DNA of 62,198 nucleotides, the filler included, from an uncultured Methanoregulaceae archaeon (GTDB lineage Archaea > Halobacteriota > Methanomicrobia > Methanomicrobiales > Methanospirillaceae), in assembly GCA_964530035.1 (NCBI GenBank). It is 2 parts of 2 records of this genome, joined end to end, with 100 filler letters (N's around TTAATTAATTAA, not from the genome) between each part and the next. Parts side by side here need not be neighbours in the genome. Positions count along the whole stretch, not along the records: positions 31,504 to 62,198 come from CAZGXZ010000005.1; 1 more part is not named here. One strand, given 5' to 3'. A model generated the notes under the pieces. The model was not told where the DNA came from, ran no database searches, and saw only the letters and a program-made list of their open reading frames with translations. Below are positions 57,627 to 62,198 of this stretch, one piece after another. Each line of letters opens with the position of its first letter. Within the stretch, counting starts at the first letter, position 1. The position numbers and the translations under genes are program-made.

Positions 57627-59513
57627 ATGATCAGAAACCATAGCATGACATACCCTCTGGCAGTGGCATGCTGCATCCTCGGCGTGCTGGTTATCGCCAC
57701 CGCAGCTGCCAGTGCCGCAGGTCCTGCCGGAAAAGGAGGCCAGAACGGACCTCCCCAGGGGGCAAACGCAAATGAAGCGTATACTATGTCCCTCACCTTG
57801 TCTGACCAGGCACAGGAATCGACGATTGCGTTCGATGCCCTTGCATTCCTCACCGGATCTGCCTGCTGCGACACCTTCCTCCCGCCAGGGAAAGTCGCTG
57901 ACTATGCGGGGTTCCAGTACCTCCGCGACAACGATGCCACGCAGATGGGCCACAACACGGACTTTGTCACGAGAATTTCCGACAACGTCCTCGTTACCCT
58001 GAACAGCGACCAGATAGCCCGGTTTGCAGCACTGGCCAAGTCCGAATCCCCGCTTACGGTCCGGTACGGATACATGCGGTTCCCCCTGATGGCGGCATTC
58101 AGGGCTCAGCTCGAAAGTACGGTCCCTGCCGGCAGCTCCGGGCTTGACAAGGCGGCTGTCATGGACTACTCCGCGAAGCTGTATGATGTCGATGCGAGCA
58201 TCAGCATCAACCGGGCGAAGACCTATGCCGACGTGATCAGGTCGCTCAACCAGACCCAGCGGCAGTACCTCGACAGGATGGCCTCGCAGGGCATGGCGGC
58301 GATGCCGGTCGCAGATGCATCTGGTATATTGAAGAGTTCAGGACAGGGAGATTCGGTCGCCATGCGGACGTATGCAAGCGAAATGTTCTCATGGTACGCG
58401 GGTTCTATGGAAGCCGACACCTATTTCTGCCCTGAACGCCAGGCGACCTATTTCGGTTCATTCTACATGAAAGACCGCCCTGCGATGGGCAACCCTGGGT
58501 ATTCCATCAGCACCACCCTGACCGGCGACTCCGGCCAGCAGTTTATCAGTCTCCTTACGCCCGAACAGGCATCCCGGATCACGGGACTCGTGGATCTCCA
58601 GAGGGCTGACCTGAACGAGATAGTAGCCACGAGACAGGCAATCGCGACCGAGCTCAGGAGTGCCCTTGACGGAAACACTATCGACGAAAGCCTCGTCCGC
58701 TCCCTCTCGGCACGGTACGGGGAACTCGACGGAGAGATCTCCTACCTGTATGCGACCCACTTCGCCGATGTCGGAACCACCCTTACTGATGACCAGAGAA
58801 CGAAAATGGTGGCGCTTCGTAACCTCGACGGTTACCGCTGCGAAGGGGCTTATCTTTACTCGCAGCCCGTCTCAATGCCACGGGACATCCCGGTTAATTT
58901 CCTCTTTGGAATTGGCACGTATGACAGCAGTCAGATGGCCTCCTGGATCTCCGGCCTTCAGCAGTCTGTCCGGACCCCGGCCGTGACGCCTTCACAGACC
59001 CGCCCCGGTGCTGGACTGGTGACACCACCCTCCCGGCAGCCGACGAAAGATCCGAAGAAAGGTACTCCGGCCCCGACCGTCAAAGGGCCGACGAGGCAGG
59101 GACCCATATCAGGAGGAACTGTTTCCGGGCAGGGGAACACCCTCACTCCCGGGACCAACCCTTCCCAAGGTAACGTGGGAACCAGGGGGACCCCGTCAGC
59201 AGGAGGTCAGAACAACCGGATGCCTCTCGAAGAGATCATCTCCCAGCTCGAACAGAGGGGCTATGATGTGACCGAGGTAAAAGCGCTTCTTGCAAGCGAT
59301 GACCGCGAAGGGCTGAAATCCTGGCTTGACACCTTTAAAAAGGACAACCCGGGTGTGGTCGAAGCGATCGAAGGAAAACAGGCCTGGACCAGGAACCCGG
59401 TCGTAACACGGGTCCCGGGCGCCGCTAACCAGCCTGGCAGCCGGACCGGGCAGATAAAGAATGGAGAGATGAACATTCTGGACAGCATCCAGAGCTGGAT
59501 TTCGGTCTTATGA
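57627..59513 (+). CDS. Secreted protein with tandem Spy/CpxP-like (LTxxQ) helical units
   Basis: Signal peptide; LNSDQ, LNQTQR, LTPEQ and LTDDQR motifs; Pro/Thr/Gly linker; C-terminal helical LEQRGYDV domain. Confidence 0.75.
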   Translation: MIRNHSMTYPLAVACCILGVLVIATAAASAAGPAGKGGQNGPPQGANANEAYTMSLTLSDQAQESTIAFDALAFLTGSACCDTFLPPGKVADYAGFQYLRDNDATQMGHNTDFVTRISDNVLVTLNSDQIARFAALAKSESPLTVRYGYMRFPLMAAFRAQLESTVPAGSSGLDKAAVMDYSAKLYDVDASISINRAKTYADVIRSLNQTQRQYLDRMASQGMAAMPVADASGILKSSGQGDSVAMRTYASEMFSWYAGSMEADTYFCPERQATYFGSFYMKDRPAMGNPGYSISTTLTGDSGQQFISLLTPEQASRITGLVDLQRADLNEIVATRQAIATELRSALDGNTIDESLVRSLSARYGELDGEISYLYATHFADVGTTLTDDQRTKMVALRNLDGYRCEGAYLYSQPVSMPRDIPVNFLFGIGTYDSSQMASWISGLQQSVRTPAVTPSQTRPGAGLVTPPSRQPTKDPKKGTPAPTVKGPTRQGPISGGTVSGQGNTLTPGTNPSQGNVGTRGTPSAGGQNNRMPLEEIISQLEQRGYDVTEVKALLASDDREGLKSWLDTFKKDNPGVVEAIEGKQAWTRNPVVTRVPGAANQPGSRTGQIKNGEMNILDSIQSWISVL

Positions 59514-59619
59514 TGAAGAGGGGGGATCCCTGTTTTACCCTGGAAGAGAGAGGCTCCCCGGATAACCGGGAATGGAGGGTACCTGGACAGGACCATGGGA
59601 GTTACCCGGGTGGGGCCTG

Positions 59620-61149
59620 ATGATCTCCAAGGCCCTCCTCGTCCTGCTCCTGGGCCTTTTCGCTCTTGCAGCAGTCCTTCCTGCAGGGTGTGTCCTGGTG
59701 GATCACACAGCTGCCGGGCACAACCCCCCCCAGACAGAGAGCCGTTCAGGTTCGCAGGGCAGGTCGGCGCTTATACCCCCGGCAACAGCCGCAAATGGTC
59801 CTTTTTTGGTCGGACCGCTACTCACCCGGCCTACCGGGCATTCGGTCAACGTAAACATAATCCCGGCCGTACCGCTCACCCTCTTCATCGAATGGAAGGA
59901 AGCAAACGGTACCTCCTGGACGAGGACCCTGCCGGTCAGCTCTCAGGCACGGGTCCCGACTGATATCCTCATATCAGGTTTGAAATCCGACACAGACTAC
60001 CTATACCGGGTCGGTTACCAGCGTCCGGGGTCTGTTCAGGAACAGTTCAGCCCTGGGTCCTCCTTCCATACGGCACGGGAACCCGGGTCCTCATTCGTGT
60101 TTGACATCCAGGCAGACTCCCACCTTGATGCCCGTGCTGACGGGGACCTCTATACGGTTGCCGTCCAGGACGAACGTGCGGACCATCCCGATTTTCTCAT
60201 CGACCTCGGGGACACCTTCATGACCGAGAAGCTGCCGTCGAAGGACAACCAGAGTGTCCTTCGGCAGTACCTGAATCAACGATCCCATTTATCGTCTCTT
60301 GAGGGGTCCGTCCCGTTGTTCCTTGTGCTCGGAAACCATGACGGAGAGGCCGGATGGCAGGACAACGGAGCTGCATCCCTTGCCCGGGTTTCCCTTTCGG
60401 GCAGGAAACAGTATTTCCCGAATCCTGAACCGGACGGTTTCTATACCGGGGATGCGGTAACGAAGGGATCAGGCGGACTTCTGCAGGACTATTATTCATG
60501 GCAGTGGGGTGATGCCATGTTTGTCGTGCTCGACCCGTACTGGTTTACCACGGCGAAACCCGGGGGGCGGGTGGACGGTTGGGGCTGGACGCTCGGGGAG
60601 GCACAGTACCGGTGGCTTGAGAAGACCCTGGAACAGAGCCGTGCATCATACAAGTTTGTCTTTTNNNNNNNNNNNNNNNNNNNNNNNNNNNNNNCCCAGG
60701 GGAGGGGTGGTACTGAATATGCAGGCCTGTACGAATGGGGCGGTCACAACCCTGACGGAAGCTGGGGATTTTCCGGGCACCGGCCCGGCTGGGGGTTACC
60801 CATCCACCAGTTGCTGGTGAAGAACCATGTCACGGCGTTCTTCCACGGCCATGACCACTTCTTTGGTAGCCAGGAGCTTGACGGCGTGGTCTACCAGGAG
60901 GTGCCCCAGCCGGCAACCATCTCGTCTCATGGTTCCAGCCCGGGGACGGAGTATGGATATGTCACGGGAATTAAAAAGGAAAGCCCAGGATATCTCCGGG
61001 TCAATGTGTCTCCGGGGTCCGCCCGGGTTGACTATGTCCGGACGGCCCTGCCCGGGCAAACCAGGGATGGCATGAAGAACGGAATGGTCGTGTGTTCCTA
61101 TACGCTTGAACCATACCGGCCGGATAAGGGGGCTGTGAAGAGTGGATAA
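59620..61149 (+). CDS. Metallophosphoesterase lipoprotein (purple acid phosphatase-like, FN3 + calcineurin-like); 30-N gap at 60665-60694
   Basis: Lipobox PAGC; FN3 (GLKSDTDYLYRV), ADSH, DLGD, LGNHD, GHDH. The frame is preserved across the gap. Confidence 0.9.
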   Translation: MISKALLVLLLGLFALAAVLPAGCVLVDHTAAGHNPPQTESRSGSQGRSALIPPATAANGPFLVGPLLTRPTGHSVNVNIIPAVPLTLFIEWKEANGTSWTRTLPVSSQARVPTDILISGLKSDTDYLYRVGYQRPGSVQEQFSPGSSFHTAREPGSSFVFDIQADSHLDARADGDLYTVAVQDERADHPDFLIDLGDTFMTEKLPSKDNQSVLRQYLNQRSHLSSLEGSVPLFLVLGNHDGEAGWQDNGAASLARVSLSGRKQYFPNPEPDGFYTGDAVTKGSGGLLQDYYSWQWGDAMFVVLDPYWFTTAKPGGRVDGWGWTLGEAQYRWLEKTLEQSRASYKFVFXXXXXXXXXXXQGRGGTEYAGLYEWGGHNPDGSWGFSGHRPGWGLPIHQLLVKNHVTAFFHGHDHFFGSQELDGVVYQEVPQPATISSHGSSPGTEYGYVTGIKKESPGYLRVNVSPGSARVDYVRTALPGQTRDGMKNGMVVCSYTLEPYRPDKGAVKSG

Positions 61150-61618
61150 AAAGGACATCGTCTGGATTATTCTCGTTGCGGTGATCAGTGCGGTCGTCGT
61201 CAGTTTCATGGTACCCCTCTGGGTAAAAGGCCCTGACCCAGGAAACGGGGAGGGCCCTCCACCACGGGAAGACGGGGCCGGTATGCCCCCGCCTCCGGGC
61301 CAGCAGGGACCGTCGGCGTTTCCCTCCCCAGGGAACGACCCGAGCCGTTATCTCAAGACCGCGGTCTCTTTCATCAACATCGGGCTGATAGTCCCGTTGT
61401 TCATGATATATGCAGGTATATACATGAGGCTCAGGAGTTCCTTCACCCTGGGACTGATGGCCGTTATCTTCGCACTCGGGATGTATGCATTGACCTCGAA
61501 CCCGTTGATTGTAAGCCTCCTCGGCGGTAAAACCGGGCAGATCGGGGTGTACCAGATTATACCAGACCTCTGTGCAACGATTTCGCTCGTGGTCCTCGTC
61601 CGGATCAGCCTCGAATAG
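61142..61618 (+). CDS. 4-TM membrane protein with Pro-rich loop (copy 2)
   Basis: Close paralog of 57040..57507 (identical RSSFTLGLMAVIFALGMYALTSNP and IIPDLCAT); overlaps the phosphatase stop. Confidence 0.87.
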   Translation: MDKKDIVWIILVAVISAVVVSFMVPLWVKGPDPGNGEGPPPREDGAGMPPPPGQQGPSAFPSPGNDPSRYLKTAVSFINIGLIVPLFMIYAGIYMRLRSSFTLGLMAVIFALGMYALTSNPLIVSLLGGKTGQIGVYQIIPDLCATISLVVLVRISLE

Positions 61619-62198
61619 CAGGGCATAAGAATCCTGATCGCGGTGACCACCTTGAAAGGGGGAGAGCCATGAAACAGACCCCTGCGAAAAGAGCCTTTCC
61701 TGGTGGTAGACTCCAAACCCTCCTGACAGCCAGTATACAGGAGGACAATTACAGGAGTCCAGGCCGCGGGCTCTCCAAAATGAGGGTTAAATCCATCCGA
61801 TTTTTCAAAGGGCTTTCCTGAGCAAAAATCCCGGTAGGAACGGTATCATCATCGGCTTATCCCGGCTTTTTATCAGTCGGAATAATCTGGTCGAATGCCC
61901 AGAGGACTCGACCGGGTTCCCCCTTATAAATCAAGGGCATAGTGGCTGCCAGCATCTCTTGAGAGAAATCCGCCGACAGGCCCGCACTCCCCCGGGAAAA
62001 CATTATCAGATATACCGGTGTACCCGGGCCCGGTACTCCAGGTATTCCTTTCCAAATACCTTCTGCAGGTAATCCTCCTCCGCAAGGACGATAGAATGAT
62101 GGACGGCAAGTACGAATGTGCCTAGTGCAATCACCACCGGGTTTAACGTACATAGGAGTTACGCAGTTGGTTTAGAAAGAAAAGACAAAAAAATGAAT

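Noticed and set aside
60665..60694. Apparent disruption of the metallophosphatase
   Set aside because: It is a 30-N sequencing gap that preserves the frame, so it is not evidence of a pseudogene.
1..62198. CRISPR array, tRNA/rRNA, transposase or integrase
   Set aside because: No regularly spaced repeats, cloverleaf or rRNA signatures, or DDE/tyrosine-recombinase motifs were seen by eye. A small element could have been missed.

Overview
Archaeal sequence that I infer to be a Methanomicrobiales (Methanoregulaceae/Methanolinea-like) methanogen, based on its REC-PAS-histidine kinases with the 'NKKLNLLSSITRHDI' H-box, archaeal lipoproteins and sorting-type C-tails. An artificial join (100 nt of N containing a TTAATTAATTAA six-frame-stop linker, 31404-31503) splits the window, so the two halves need not be adjacent in the genome. 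The left half is a patchwork of accessory genes: Isf flavoprotein, pirin, agmatinase, MscS, an orphan Imm5-like protein, many secreted or lipoproteins (a Cys-rich EGF-like protein with a permuted papain-like domain, a serine hydrolase, a stand-alone Cache protein, an M23 peptidase, PEGA/Cys-rich, HEAT and GH26-CARDB proteins), HDAC, HxlR and three multi-PAS signalling proteins (two complete kinases, one cut by the gap). The right half holds the most notable locus, a tightly coupled four-gene minus-strand operon (38507->31814). It encodes a type I membrane protein, a 1348-aa multidomain protein whose C-terminus carries the catalytic motifs of anthrax EF/CyaA/ExoY-type (class II) nucleotidyl cyclases, a translationally coupled candidate immunity protein and a triple zinc-ribbon protein. 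It is a candidate archaeal polymorphic-toxin or cyclic-nucleotide system. The right half also has a 2082-aa REC-10xPAS-3xGAF kinase, an ArsR-controlled ars/thiol-redox cluster (ArsG/ArsF/ArsE-like, ArsP-like permeases, DGC proteins, ferredoxin:thioredoxin reductase) and a wHTH-membrane protein-LTxxQ protein-metallophosphatase cluster. I saw no tRNA, rRNA, CRISPR array or transposase. All family calls come from motif recognition by eye, not database searches.
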